A stretch of 63,070 nucleotides of DNA, filler included, from Asterionella formosa (taxonomy: Eukaryota): NCBI GenBank assembly GCA_002256025.1. It is 12 parts of 12 records of this genome, joined end to end, with 100 filler letters (N's around TTAATTAATTAA, not from the genome) between each part and the next. Parts side by side here need not be neighbours in the genome. Positions count along the whole stretch, not along the records: positions 17,526 to 34,924 come from NKIB01004444.1; positions 35,025 to 36,107 come from NKIB01004446.1; positions 36,208 to 37,290 come from NKIB01004447.1; positions 37,391 to 38,473 come from NKIB01004448.1; 8 more parts are not named here. The stretch is one strand, 5' to 3'. This document shows positions 23,303 to 38,573 of the stretch, in pieces. The translations under genes and the position numbers were made by a program. The notes under the pieces are model-generated. The model worked only from the letters and a program-made list of their open reading frames with translations, was not told where the DNA came from and made no database searches. The stretch's first letter is position 1; each line of letters starts with the position of its first letter.

Positions 23303-25989
23303 ATGGAACCCGAAGCCACAGAAAAGCAAGCTGCCATCACTCCCGATGGTGACAAGGGTGCCAATGATGACACATCGGATAGAGCAGATGGGATCGTCAA
23401 TCCGGTTGAGGCTGAGATTGATGTTGAGGTTGGAGGTGGCATGGAAGTCATTTGCTTGAATGAATATCCCCTTGGGAAAGTCACACTTGAGCACATTATT
23501 TCCTTGATTGGAAGTTACGAAAATGAAGAAGCCATCTCCTCCAGAAGAACAAGAGTCCAGGAAGGAAAGGATGCAGTTCGGGCCTTTGCCTATGAGACCA
23601 TTCAGCGTATAATGATAGACACGGCAAGAACCAGAAACATGCAAATAAATGGGCAGCTTGTGAGAACATTTAAGGACTGCTTGTCCTCTTGGGCTCAAGA
23701 TGGTACCACCGACCAACAAAGATGCATTTACGAAATGACATACGGGTACTTTGATAGGAACCCCAAATGGGACCTTGAGCTAGAAAAAGAATTCATGCAA
23801 GATCGGAACCTTCATTATTGTGACAGTTCTATACATGATGAGGCTGCATCGAATAAGGAAGAAAACGCCAACAAAAGAGGCATTAAGGGTTGCATTGCTC
23901 GCCTGCTTGGAAGCGTTAAAATTGATTTGGTGAAACGGATTCGAAGGAAAGGGGAGCGAACACATGGTGTTTGCATCAATATAAGCAGAGACAATAGTGA
24001 AATTGACGATTCGAACCGGTACAGAAAGCGCAGAAAGGGAACAGAATTTCGTGTTGTGATGAAACAGAAGGTATGGTCAATATCATTGATTCAGTTTTCG
24101 AATAAGCTACTTTTACTCAAAATAACTGCGTCACTCCTAATTTACAGAAACCATGTATTGATAATAAAGATGGTGATGATGAAGGAGAAGCAGAAAGCGC
24201 CAATGGCTCGGAGGACCATGTTGGCGATGATAATGAAGAAAATGTCCCGGTTTCAGCAACTTGGGTCACCATCGGCAATCCTGCCCAAGTAAATGAAGAC
24301 GACGCCACCGATAGTTGTACCAGTAGTGACAGCGGAAAAGCAGTTATCCATAGGAATGAATATCCCAAGGAAAAAGTCACGGAGGCCCATATCATGGCGG
24401 TTTTTGGTGATATAGAAGATGAAGGAGTCATGAGAGACTTGATTGAACGGGTCAAGAAGGGAAAGGATGATGTAAGGACATTTGCATATGAGTCGGTTCA
24501 GCACCTTATGGTAGAGAATGCACGGGCATTGAAGATGGTGGTTGAGGGGAAACTCGTGAACTCTTTTGAGGACTGCATGTCATCTTGGGCCCGAGATGGC
24601 TCAAGTGCCCAACAACAACGAGTCTACGAAATTACCTATGGGTACTTCGATAGAAACCCCAAATGGGATATTGACCTAGAGAAGAAATTCATGAAGAATC
24701 GAAAGCTTCGCTATTGTGACGAGGAAATTTCTGTTAATGGTGCGGTGGGATTAACTTATGATGTTAACACCAAAGCTAAGGCCGGCAAGGGGTGCATCGC
24801 TCGCTTGATGGGAGATATTAAGATAGATTTAGTGAAACGTATCCGGAAGAAAGGAGAGAGAACCCACGGTATCTGTATCAAAATTAGCAGAGACAGTTGC
24901 GACATTAACAGCTCTAATCGATACAGAAAGCGTAAAAAGGGGACGGAATTTCGTGTTGTGGTGAAAGGAAAGGTAAATACAATGTCCTTTCACGTCATGG
25001 ACAATTAATAATGTGCTCAAACCCTTTACTTTTACTGCACAGAAGCCGGTAATCAGCGACGATGATTATGTGGACGATACAGAAGAATACACGGAAATTA
25101 TTCACCCCATTTTGGTCGGTGCTAATGTACCAGAATGCGTCGCAGCTGCCCATCCTGCTGACGAGAATACCGAAGCTGTTTTTATTTGTGAGGGTTGTGC
25201 TAGTGGAACTGAAGCAATCCGTCTTAACGAGTATCCTGTGGGAAAAGTCACAAAAGAACATGTCGTCTCCTTGATTGGTAATGACGAGGATGAAGAAGCA
25301 ATTTATCAAAGGTTAACACGTGTCCAGATTGGTAAAGATAACGTACGTTCATTTGCATACTCGTCGATTCGGCGTCTCATGGTTGAGAAAGCAAGGTCTA
25401 TGGCGATGGAGGTCGACGGGCAACTCGTGATTTCCTTAGAGGACTGCATGTTGTCTTGGGCCCAAGATTGCTCAAGTGCCCAACAACGATGCATCTATGA
25501 AATGACCTACGGATACTTCGACAAGAACCCTAAATGGGACATTGAACTAGAACAAATTTTCATGAAGGATCGAAAACTTCATTATTGTGAAAAGGCCGTT
25601 TCTCCGGATGCTAATTTCGAATTGATTCCTAATAAAAACAAGAACAGAAAGGTCATAAAGGGTTGCATCGCTCGCTTGATTGCAGATGTAAAGGCTGATT
25701 TAGTGAAACGGATCCGGTCGAAAGGACAGGGAAGCCACGGCGTTTGTATCAAAATCAGCCGAGAAAGCTCCGAAATCAACGACACGAATCGATACAGGAA
25801 GCGCAAAAGTGGGGACGAGTTATACATTGTTGTGAAAAGCAAGGTAAGGTCGATTTGCTCCGTCAATTCTGCGAGTTAAAAAATAAGTGGATTCCCTCAC
25901 CCTCCCAAAACTTCCCTCATTAGCCGACATCCCGTGAGACTGGGGAAGCGGAAGCGGTAGAATCCATAACATCGTCTGTAGCGTCTTAA
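23303..25989 (+). CDS. Unknown protein (~819 aa) with three tandem ~200-aa repeats. Exons 23303-24070, 24148-24972, 25043-25843, 25924-25989
   Basis: Three homologous ORFs joined in frame by phase-0 GT-AG introns 24071-24147, 24973-25042 and 25844-25923. The last exon is less certain. Confidence 0.8.
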
Positions 25990-26141
25990 GCGGAAGTGCA
26001 TGTAATGCACAGTGACTCATATAAGAAACCACTCGTTCGAGTGGTTAACTAATCTGAATTGGTGATTCTATTTCAAAATGGATGCAAGCCCTTTTTCATT
26101 ATTAGCCATCATTGCTTAATTTTCATAATACTCTATTCACC

Positions 26142-28333
26142 CTATTGAGTCGTCGCCTCAGTTGTTTGCTCCGTGCGAAGTTCAGGACTAGGAGTAAATC
26201 CCTCAACAAATGGTTTGTAAACTTGTCCGAAAATGCCAGGATCTAAGAACTTGTACATTGGATCTCGCATGGACGCTTCTTTCAACATATCCAAATGCTT
26301 CCCAACACCGTTCATAGTATTGGCGGCAATCACACCAGAGGCAGCTGCCGATGGAGTCCCAATACCAGGAAAGCAAGAATCACCACATCGGAGCAATCCA
26401 TCCACTGGAGTCTTCAAGTTAGGAAAGGGAAATGCCAAAATGTTCTTCAACAAGCCAGCATGAGGAGCAGAGGTTCCTGCAGCCCAGGCCATTCCATAAG
26501 TACCACGGTCTCGTCGCAGAAAGGCCTCATGAGCCAACGGGGATCCGATAATGCTAAATTCCAATCTATCTCTAACATCAGGGATGCATCGTTCCACAGC
26601 TTCCCACAATACCTTGGCGCGATCCTCCTTGTAGGCTTCATATTCTGGAGAATTAGGAGTGAGTTTCTCCCAAGGTTCATAGGGCTCTCCACCTGAAGAG
26701 TAGACATGGATGACATGCTTTCCTTCTGGGCACAAAGTCTTGTCCAAAAGCGAAGGAATAAAAAAAGAGCACAAGTTTTGCGAATCCTGGAGCGAACGTC
26801 CCCAATCCTGAACTACCAAGTGAGCTGGGTCCTTAATGTGGGAGAGATCCAAATCTTTTGCATCAATGGCTAAGAACAAATGCATAATGGCACCGTGACG
26901 AGGTAGTTTTCCGAGTTCGTCTCTCCATGTGGCAACACCTTCGGGGAGTTCTTGCTTATCTCCTGTGGATATAAAGTTAGGAGGCCATGAGCACGAATAC
27001 ATGGACGACACTCCAGATTTGATCAAAATACGTACCAAGCATCTTGACAGTATCAAAGGGAGTCGCGTTACTAACGACAGCTTTCTTTGCGTTTACAATC
27101 TTTCCATTCTTGAGTCTAACACCAACAGCTCGTCCATCCTTGACAATAATTTGATCGACATGAGCATTGAGTTGAATCTTTCCACCAAACTTTTCTAATC
27201 CTCGCACTAGAGTATTTCCCATTTCACACGTGCCCCCAATGGGTACAGAATAACATGCCGACTCTTCAAAGAATCGCTCCAGAATATACAACATGTGCGC
27301 TGTCATGGCTCCCTTGGCTGGGAACCCACAAAAAATGCACATTGTGTCGATGAAATTACGCAAAAAGGGAACAGTAACAATTTGATCGACCGTTTTGTGT
27401 AGAGAATCAAATGTCAGGGGCAAGTCGAGAAAGACATCGGGGTGGGTAAGGACAAATGGGAGCGAACCCGCTGTAGTGGCGAGAAAGCCAGCGTCTTGGC
27501 GCAGATTCAACAAGGAAACTGCTGTCGTGGAGCCTCCAAGAGTCTTTAGGCGTTTGCGGAGGTTGTTCCATTCCTGAAAGTGATGTGTTTGTATGCGAGC
27601 AGGGGTTATAAAAAAATCGACAGCTCCTAACATGGACCAGTCAACTTCAGCATTCGCCAGATATTACTGAAAGAAGCAGTCTTACCTGCACAGCCAGGGG
27701 CCCATCTTCTGCCTGCTCCATGAGCAGGTCTTCAAACTGGGATGCGCTTCCAATAGGAAATCTCCAGTATCCCGTCGGGGTCCAGTAGCCCAGCCCCGTG
27801 TAGGTCTTGACAGGCATTTTTTCCTCAAGGACGTCGAAAATCATACGCAATGGATTGAGCGAGGGTCGGTCCAGACCTTCGAAGATGCTGGGCCCGACCT
27901 CGAATGAATACTTCCCGCCATTGTGCATTCTCGAGAAGGTATGAGCGGATCCTCCGCACTTGATGTGCGATTCCAAGACCAAGACCTTGTCGCCATACTT
28001 GGCCGATAAGGCACCACAGGCAAGGCCACCCATGCCGGAGCCGATGACGATGACATCGTAGTCACCTGATTCTCCAGAGAGGCCGTTACCTGTTCCTGGA
28101 TAGGTGGGCTTCTCGTATTTGGGTTCGATGGACATATCGTAACTGAACGTCATGACTCTGTCACGCGATGTGTCGGTGGTTTGCGCCACATTTTGATTTT
28201 GTTCTTCTGTGGTCGACAGAAGTGAGGTGGCTATGCGCTGTTGCTTCACCAGGGCTGGGCGGACAGGACTGAATGCGTCCACTGAGAGAGCCGCTGTTGT
28301 CAGCGCAAGGAGCGCTGTAGTGAATCGCACCAT
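26142..28333 (-). CDS. Carotenoid isomerase (CRTISO)-like FAD oxidoreductase, plastid-targeted. Exons 28333-27686, 27573-27036, 26962-26142
   Basis: Signal peptide ...SVDA|FSP, Rossmann motif [18 protein letters not shown]-terminal [21 protein letters not shown]. Introns 27574-27685 and 26963-27035 are in frame. Confidence 0.9.
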
Positions 28334-30046
28334 GATGGTGAGGCGATATTGCGATATCGGCGCTTTCAGGCGAGCGAGCAAAACGAGAAAGTGAGGGACT
28401 TGAAGCGGCGTCGAGATCTTTGCACGAGGTCCACTTATTCTTCCTTCGTAGAGTCTACGAGCCTTGGCAATACTGCAACTTCAAGAATCCACTCTTTCAG
28501 TGGTAAAACGTCCTGATTATTCCAGCTGGAAGCACCAACCATGCACTGAGGAATTCTTGCTCAAAAATCCTCATAATTATATCCATCATGTATAATATTT
28601 CAGTTGTTCACCATACATAGGTGGTGGCCTTGAAGGGGATAAATGTTATTCTCCACTTCCTGCAGAATAGAGCATGATATACGTTAAAGTTGTGATTCTT
28701 TTGGGTGTCCTTTAATGAACTAGTAGCTAGGTTTTGAACTACTACCGGTAGTACTACATAGGTGTATGGTCCTGCTGGTATGCATGCATTCATATTACTA
28801 CCAAGTAAAACCAGACATGAGGGATTAGCAGTGCTAGAGTACCGTACTACCAGTACTCTATGCAAAGTTGGTTATTGGCCACAGTATGCTGCTAGTGTAA
28901 TGTAAGTGAATGAGCAAGGTAGAGTTGTCTGGGCCAATGAATCTACCTACCAGAAGCTTCGATGATTTCTCACAGGCAATGAAAAATTTAGTGCTTTTGC
29001 TAACAAGTTGTTAGGTATATAGGCTCCCATTCTCCTAGCTGAAATAATGGGATTCTTTTGTATATAGAAAACAATAGAGTGTAGCAGTAGACATTCTTGC
29101 AAGAGGCTGGAGAATCCTTCATCATGTTGTCTCAGCATTGACCATGATGGAAAAAGCGAATATCTCCACAAAAACTGCAAGTGAGGCTTACCTATTTGGT
29201 ACACATATAAATCACGACATAAAAATAGAATCATAAAAGGTTCATCCTAGTAACATTAAACCCCATGCTTCGGTTTCCTCAAATTTACACACACACACAA
29301 ATTGATTCACTTAGTTGGGGAGAGGACAATGATGGCGATTTTGACATTGCCAATTTCCATTGATCAAAAGGTCATTCCTATTGTCAGTCTTTTCCATAAT
29401 TTAAAACATGCAATGTTAATAAGGAGTAATTTATGTTCTTGGTTGAATCGGTTTCTATGATCATTTGATTTTCCTAATTTTTGCGCACTTGTGTGCCAGA
29501 AAATTAGTACAAGCCACATACTTAATTTTAGAGTGCATATAGTTATATCTGCTCCTGTAGTAGTATATTTTTTATGGTCTACAAGGTTTGGTCTTGCCAG
29601 AATTTCTGCAAGCCAACCACATCCTGTTATTTATTTGTGCATCATGATGAGAAAATTCATCACCCTCAGGCCGAAGAAAATGATTTTGGCAGAGGGATTT
29701 TCGAAGCCAAATAGTACCAGAGGAGCCTATTCTGGGCTAACTGAGCAGATGAGGCAATGGAGGACCATGTTTGCTTCCTTACCTGTTCCAGCAGGAGACG
29801 ACAGTGCAATCAACCAAATTGTCAGCTCTTGCAGCTTTCATCAAGCGAGTTTTCTGCACATCTAAAATATTTGGGTGTGTAGCTAGCACCAGATGTACGC
29901 TGAAAGAGACCTGAAGAGACAGGTGCATGGGGGAGGACTGAAGCATGGGATTTACGGTACTGGTACGGTCCCAGGTAGTGGTTCACGGTGTACGACTGCG
30001 TGACGTAGCAAGCTGTCTTTTACTCCGTACCACATCAAATTCGTTT

Positions 30047-30569
30047 NNNNNNNNNNNNNNNNNNNNNNNNNNNNNNNNNNNNNNNNNNNNNNNNNNNNNN
30101 NNNNNNNNNNNNNNNNNNNNNNNNNNNNNNNNNNNNNNNNNNNNNNNNNNNNNNNNNNNNNNNNNNNNNNNNNNNNNNNNNNNNNNNNNNNNNNNNNNNN
30201 NNNNNNNNNNNNNNNNNNNNNNNNNNNNNNNNNNNNNNNNNNNNNNNNNNNNNNNNNNNNNNNNNNNNNNNNNNNNNNNNNNNNNNNNNNNNNNNNNNNN
30301 NNNNNNNNNNNNNNNNNNNNNNNNNNNNNNNNNNNNNNNNNNNNNNNNNNNNNNNNNNNNNNNNNNNNNNNNNNNNNNNNNNNNNNNNNNNNNNNNNNNN
30401 NNNNNNNNNNNNNNNNNNNNNNNNNNNNNNNNNNNNNNNNNNNNNNNNNNNNNNNNNNNNNNNNNNNNNNNNNNNNNNNNNNNNNNNNNNNNNNNNNNNN
30501 NNNNNNNNNNNNNNNNNNNNNNNNNNNNNNNNNNNNNNNNNNNNNNNNNNNNNNNNNNNNNNNNNNNNN
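30047..30569. other. Scaffold gap (N run)
   Basis: Continuous N run. Confidence 0.99.
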
Positions 30570-30635
30570 TGACAACAACAACAACAAGAAGCACGTACTG
30601 CTCTGCTCAATTGATCGATCTTAGCCGCGAAGAAG

Positions 30636-32501
30636 ATGACAGTACTCTCCAAGAAATGGATGTTTTTGAGCACTGGCGCCTTGGCTCTCTGGAGTACCCA
30701 GGCCTTTTCTTCTATTGGGACGACGTATACGGGTTATTCACCGGCTCAATTGTCAGCTACTCAGCTGTACGGCATGTCGCGCAAGGCCCGTCGACAAATG
30801 GAACAAGAAAACAAAACGTACAAGGGCAGAGACAAGAAATTCAGAGATGCCATTGAGGACATTGAAGGCAACGCCAACGACGAAGACAGGATGCAGATCC
30901 CCAAAACGCCAGACTCCTTTGAAGACCCGAATCAAGAAGCCAATCGACAAGCTCGTCAAGCGGAGCTCGATAGACGAATGACCGACCGACCCGACGTCTC
31001 CACCATGTACATCGACGAGCAGACTGGGATTGAGATTATCCGACAGGGTCGCAATGTTATGGATATCATCACAAGGAAATCTGTTCAGCTCCTCCCGAAT
31101 CCAGAATATCGTCTTGCACAAATGTTTCCAGGTGTCCCTCCAGAGATACGCGCCAAGTATAGGTTCAATTGGGTCACTGTAGAGGTACCAGAAATGGTCG
31201 ACCGATTGCGCGAGGCGTGTACCGTTACCCTGGACGATGGCTCCAGAGGCATCCCACCTGCTCCTTCTGTCGCCAACAAGGCGCTTGACTTTTGTTTGGC
31301 AAATCGCGATCTCTTGGGTCATCGCATGAAGAAGACGCTCGGGAAACTCATGATGAGAGCTGCATGGCAGGAAAATGAACAGGAAATGAGAGACTATAGA
31401 GCGCTACTGCAGAATTTCCTCATTATGGAAAATTACATTTCGGCACCGTTTCGTCAAATTCTCATGTCGGCAGAGACCAAAGTTGGACCCAACTTTGGCA
31501 ATTTGGACTTGAGGAAGTATTGCAATGGCAGCGTGTACGAACGAACGGCCAACTATATTGTCCTCAAGGGCATGCAGTGCACATGGGAGAAGAAGGTTCG
31601 CGACGCGGAAGTCATTGAAAGTACCAAGGAGACTCCGCAAAATGTCCTCATCTTGGTGGGGACCGGCGATCCCCGTCGGTACATGCCCAAACCCGAGGTC
31701 TTGTACGAACTCAAGGATTGTGCCCAAGTTTGTGCCATGGCACAGAAAATGGTCAAAACATTTCGTGAGGACAGTGTCTTGTTCGATGATTTGCCTGTGG
31801 AGATTCGTTTCCTGGAATCTGCCTTGTCGATTCAAGGTGGCACCGCCTTGCGCAAATTTATTGTCGAAGACTTTTGTCCTGCTGAAGGCATTTCACCCCA
31901 GGGTCTTCGTGAAGGTATGCGTCGATTGGTGCAGCAGCTGGACAATATGTACATGGACCCCTATAGCGACATTCGTAATGTAGTTGACAGACTGGCTAAG
32001 GCCATGGCAGTGGGTACAGATGATGAGAGAAATCCATATGCTCCGTATTTGAGCGTAATTGGCGACAAGTCGCCAGCATACTTTGAGACCTATACATTCA
32101 ATCACCATCCGATGAGTTTAGTGAGATTTTTGGATGAAAAGAAGTTCGCAGGTGGTGCAACTCAGTATGATGCCTCCAAAGAGAAGAAAGATAGCAATCC
32201 TTTTGCTGCTGTGAGTGTTAATATTTTGACTAATAACTATGATTGATTTTGTCCATTCTGAGACTCACACATTTCCTTCGTTCCAAAGATGTTCAATCTT
32301 GGAGTCGAGGACCCCAAGATTGATCCCGTAGATCGAGCACCTGCCATGAACTATGACGATCCAGGTCTTTACAATCCACCAAAGCAACGAGCAGCTGGGC
32401 GTCCTCATGAGACGGGCTGGTTGGAAAAGTTACAAGGGTTGGATACTGAGAGCGATAAGTTTGGCTTCGTGGCGCCAGGAAAAATCATTTATGAAGACTG
32501 A
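30636..32501 (+). CDS. Hypothetical protein, probably plastid-targeted. Exons 30636-32210, 32289-32501
   Basis: Signal peptide ...ALWSTQA|F, Ser/Thr-rich transit region, long ORF, and in-frame intron 32211-32288. Confidence 0.8.
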
Positions 32502-32598
32502 CTAAGTGTGCTGACACGAGAAGCAAACGACATACAGTAGCCATAGCTCTAATACTAGAAACACTGAATATGAACTTGCAAAAAAATTATTTGGAAAT

Positions 32599-34783
<2,185 letters not shown>

Positions 34784-35024
34784 GGTTTTGTATTCGTATG
34801 CTTGTTAATAAGTGGAAGGAGAGACGACGACACCAAACGATGATGAAAGGACACAGGGCGACGAAGAAAGAACGATGTGATGTCCTTCACTTTGATAAAG
34901 GTGTGCTCGCGGGCTGATGATACANNNNNNNNNNNNNNNNNNNNNNNNNNNNNNNNNNNNNNNNNNNNTTAATTAATTAANNNNNNNNNNNNNNNNNNNN
35001 NNNNNNNNNNNNNNNNNNNNNNNN

Positions 35025-35562
35025 GATTCACCTTCCAGAAACTTCTCCACCAACTCTTCGACTTCATCCCATCGGCACTGACATTCAGGGCAGCAAAAAT
35101 CGCAGCATTCGCAGAAGATGCGATCCTCACATCCCTCCACATACGACTCTACAATCAACCGGTCTTGGCAGGTAGGACAACTATCATGACTGTAGTTAAA
35201 TTCGTCATTACCATTGTCATCATTTTGATGTGTAATTTCGCTCATGGTTGATTGTTGCTTTTTTTTGTTTCTTACCGGTAGTCATCAACAATATTTGCCA
35301 TGCTGCCAGCTCGTCTGACACATATATGTTGATTGTATGATAGGGTATATAAACATTGAGCGATGGAGAACGTTTATGTATATATTTATTGAATTCGAAA
35401 AGGAATCTATGTATGTACGCGCAAATTTCCAGTGATTCAAATATTTCAATTGGAATCACGTTATTCAAAATTAACTCATAAAAATTCTTAGTTCCAGGGA
35501 ATTTCGGCAACCCTAAGCAATATTTTAATTTTTGCCTAGGGGTTCAAATGCAGGAACCTTAA
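35025..35562 (-). mobile_element. Second copy of the TTAA-bounded element end, with an internal Cys-rich ORF start (35245 to gap)
   Basis: Homologous to 10-194. ORF contains CPTC..CECCDFCCPECQC and is cut by the spacer. Confidence 0.55.
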
Positions 35563-36640
35563 GCCAGCAGGGGAATTACTATACAATACCAGGCACCAGG
35601 TACCCGATATCAGGAGTACCAGGGTACGGGTAGTCCCGGTTTACTGCTGGTAAACATTTATTTTCCTTGCCCGAAATGTCAGGGATGATAGAAATCGTCA
35701 TCGACATCCTAAACAACGTTTACTTTGTCGTCGAATGTTTAGGATGCTTCGATTCTGATGTCTCTATGGATGAAGGAATGTTCTTCTCCTGGTGACCCTG
35801 TCTTGCTGTGCAGGAACCCTTGTACCAGGTACCCGGTTCACAAATATAAAGATTTTACTTCTAGTTACCAGGTAGTCGATGTGAGCAAAGAATGCCCGGA
35901 TTGGTTATATAAAGGACTATGGGCATTTGTTGATAGACCCTAATGAAAATTCGGTGAAACTCGAAAAAGCATTTTTATCAATTTGGAAAAACAGGCTTAA
36001 ACACCCCAAAAAGCAACAACGTTTGACTACGCCGAAGGTTGCATGTAATTTGAACCGGAAAATGTCGTGGGAGTCAAAATGCCCACGGAGAAATGTTCTT
36101 AAGAATCNNNNNNNNNNNNNNNNNNNNNNNNNNNNNNNNNNNNNNNNNNNNTTAATTAATTAANNNNNNNNNNNNNNNNNNNNNNNNNNNNNNNNNNNNN
36201 NNNNNNNTCACACTTGTGCAGTCTTCCTCATTATGCTTATTTTTACTGTACAATGAATAAATACTTATAAATTAGTATATATTGTAATGCGAAACGATTC
36301 CCTTGACATTTTGTTGTTTTGTGGGACGGCATTATATTACCAAGCGACATGATGGATTCGGAATCTGGTACCAGGTACTACCAATTCAGACATGTGACAT
36401 GTGACACATTTCCCCAGCAACGAGATGGGGTCTGTCGGTTGTGTGTCGCAAAGTTCAATTGTCATACGGTAGTCGTCGGATGCAATCATTTAAGTCACAA
36501 CTTCGGTCAGTTTCTGGTACCTGGTACCGAAAGCTAAAAAGCATACTATCACACCTATCGATATATATAAAAAGATAATATAACAGAATTAAATAAAAAC
36601 CTGTCGATATAATACAATTAATTAAAGGCCAGCTATCTCT

Positions 36641-36724
36641 TCCGGTAATTTTGCTGAAACTAAAGATTTAGCTATCTTTATCCTAGATTAAAATGTTAGT
36701 TTAAGCAAAATGACCGCAACTTGC
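36641..36724. mobile_element. ~88-bp MITE-like element, copy 2 (inverted)
   Basis: Reverse complement of 5670-5752 with few mismatches. Confidence 0.75.
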
Positions 36725-37390
36725 CAGGTGCCAGGGTTACCAACTATACATAGCAGCAGTCATATGATCAGCGTTCTGGAAAAATTCCTTTTTAGGGCTT
36801 ACAGTGTGGGTGTGTTAATTAATTACAAATAGTAAGGGTAAAGTTTAGTACGGTGCACATGCATGTATATCACATTCTCCTGCACGTGAAAGGAAAATAT
36901 ATTTAGAGTCTAGAAAAGTGTAATAGGGCATTGGCAAGAATTATATAATTTTCATATCAATGAATGTCTACATGTTCCAGCATTTAAAGCAATAATTAAA
37001 ATCAGCAACATTGCATAGACAGTGCAGCAATGCGTTCGGTTTAAAATGACCAACGGTGGTGGAATTTTTTTCTACTTATGATGCACCTTCTTTATTGTTA
37101 CATCATTCGGATTTATGATGACCCTTCAGACGATTCATGTCAAAAGTAGGACGTTGAAAACAATAATAATTATATTAAACGAGAAATAAAAAGTCGATTA
37201 CTTGTTATCACGAGGTTTTATGATTGGTTAGCGTTTGCTTATTGTGCTCTCCCAGATCGCAGGTTTTACAGTGATAGTCTCGGAATCGTANNNNNNNNNN
37301 NNNNNNNNNNNNNNNNNNNNNNNNNNNNNNNNNNTTAATTAATTAANNNNNNNNNNNNNNNNNNNNNNNNNNNNNNNNNNNNNNNNNNNN

Positions 37391-37919
37391 AGGCGTCTCT
37401 TAGAATCTCCATACTATCTGCAGCAGCATATACATCTTGTTCGCTGAGCCCTCCGAAAGCGCTTTCGTCATCAAAAGGATTACTCCTGAAGTTTCTACCT
37501 TGCCTATTGAGAACAGGTTTCTTCGCATCCTTTCCTTTCGACATTGCTTCAACTCCACTATTAAGTCTTTCAATGGCAGGTTCGCAATCTCTGACCGTCT
37601 CGAACTTGTCTCTGGCATCTTTCAGTTTGAGAAGCGTGGATCCAAGATTGCTCGCTGCCTGTGACAACATGGCAGACGCATCATTGGCAGGCGAGGTCAA
37701 GCTATCCAAATGCCTGCTTCGCTTGCTGAGTTGATCACAACAACGGCTGGCTTCTGAACTCGTCGACTGCATCTTGGAAAGCGCTTGAGAGAGAGCTTGA
37801 ATACGCTTTTGAGCGTCGTTCAATTCTGCTCCTTTGCCTCCGGGAAGTTTGTCGACTGCCATAACTTGCTGCAGCACGGCAGAGCCTTGAAAGTAAGGCG
37901 GCAAGAGGCTTGTGGCCAT
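37391..37919 (-). CDS. Exocyst subunit Exo70-like N-terminus, truncated by a contig end
   Basis: Coiled coil followed by LDSLTSP..ASAMLSQAASNLGSTL..DKFE..EPAI, resembling the Exo70 N-terminal pattern. Recognised by eye only. Confidence 0.55.
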
Positions 37920-38573
37920 GGCGAAGGAAAGTGAAGCAACAAAACAGCTGCAGCAATGACACAGCCATCAAACAGAGCAATCGTTGGATTGATTGCAATA
38001 GAATGGTCAACAGAGCTGAGCTCCTGTAACGTATGAGAGTCGGAATGCGTTATAAATGTAAAATAATAGAATATATATATGCACTGTAAAAACATTACCA
38101 GCTACCACTATTTTATCATGTATCATACGCACATAAAAATAATACAGAGACAGGAAGCACCGGTACCGCCTACATATGTCACATCCCTACCATACACTAA
38201 TGATTCCCTCCAATTGATGCGTGCGTTGGAGCAACGAGAATACCAGTAAGGCCTTGCATCACCATCCTCGCAATCAACGAGCTGTGACGTCTTTATGTAT
38301 CATGTTCGTACAGGTGGGGGGGGGGACAAGATGAATATTTCTGGCCGGTCTGTCACCAGAGCATCAATCAGTGTTACAACCTCAATCATAGCTAAACAAC
38401 ATCCATATAGAACAGCACAATCTACTTCTCTGTAACATCGTCTCTCTAACAAGAACGTAATACATCTAGAATTNNNNNNNNNNNNNNNNNNNNNNNNNNN
38501 NNNNNNNNNNNNNNNNNTTAATTAATTAANNNNNNNNNNNNNNNNNNNNNNNNNNNNNNNNNNNNNNNNNNNN

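Noticed and set aside
29945..30856. Long ORFs containing X runs
   Set aside because: They span an N gap.
35701..35752. Small hairpin CATCCTAAACA / TGTTTAGGATG
   Set aside because: The 11-bp stem is real, but there is no second copy or context to interpret it.
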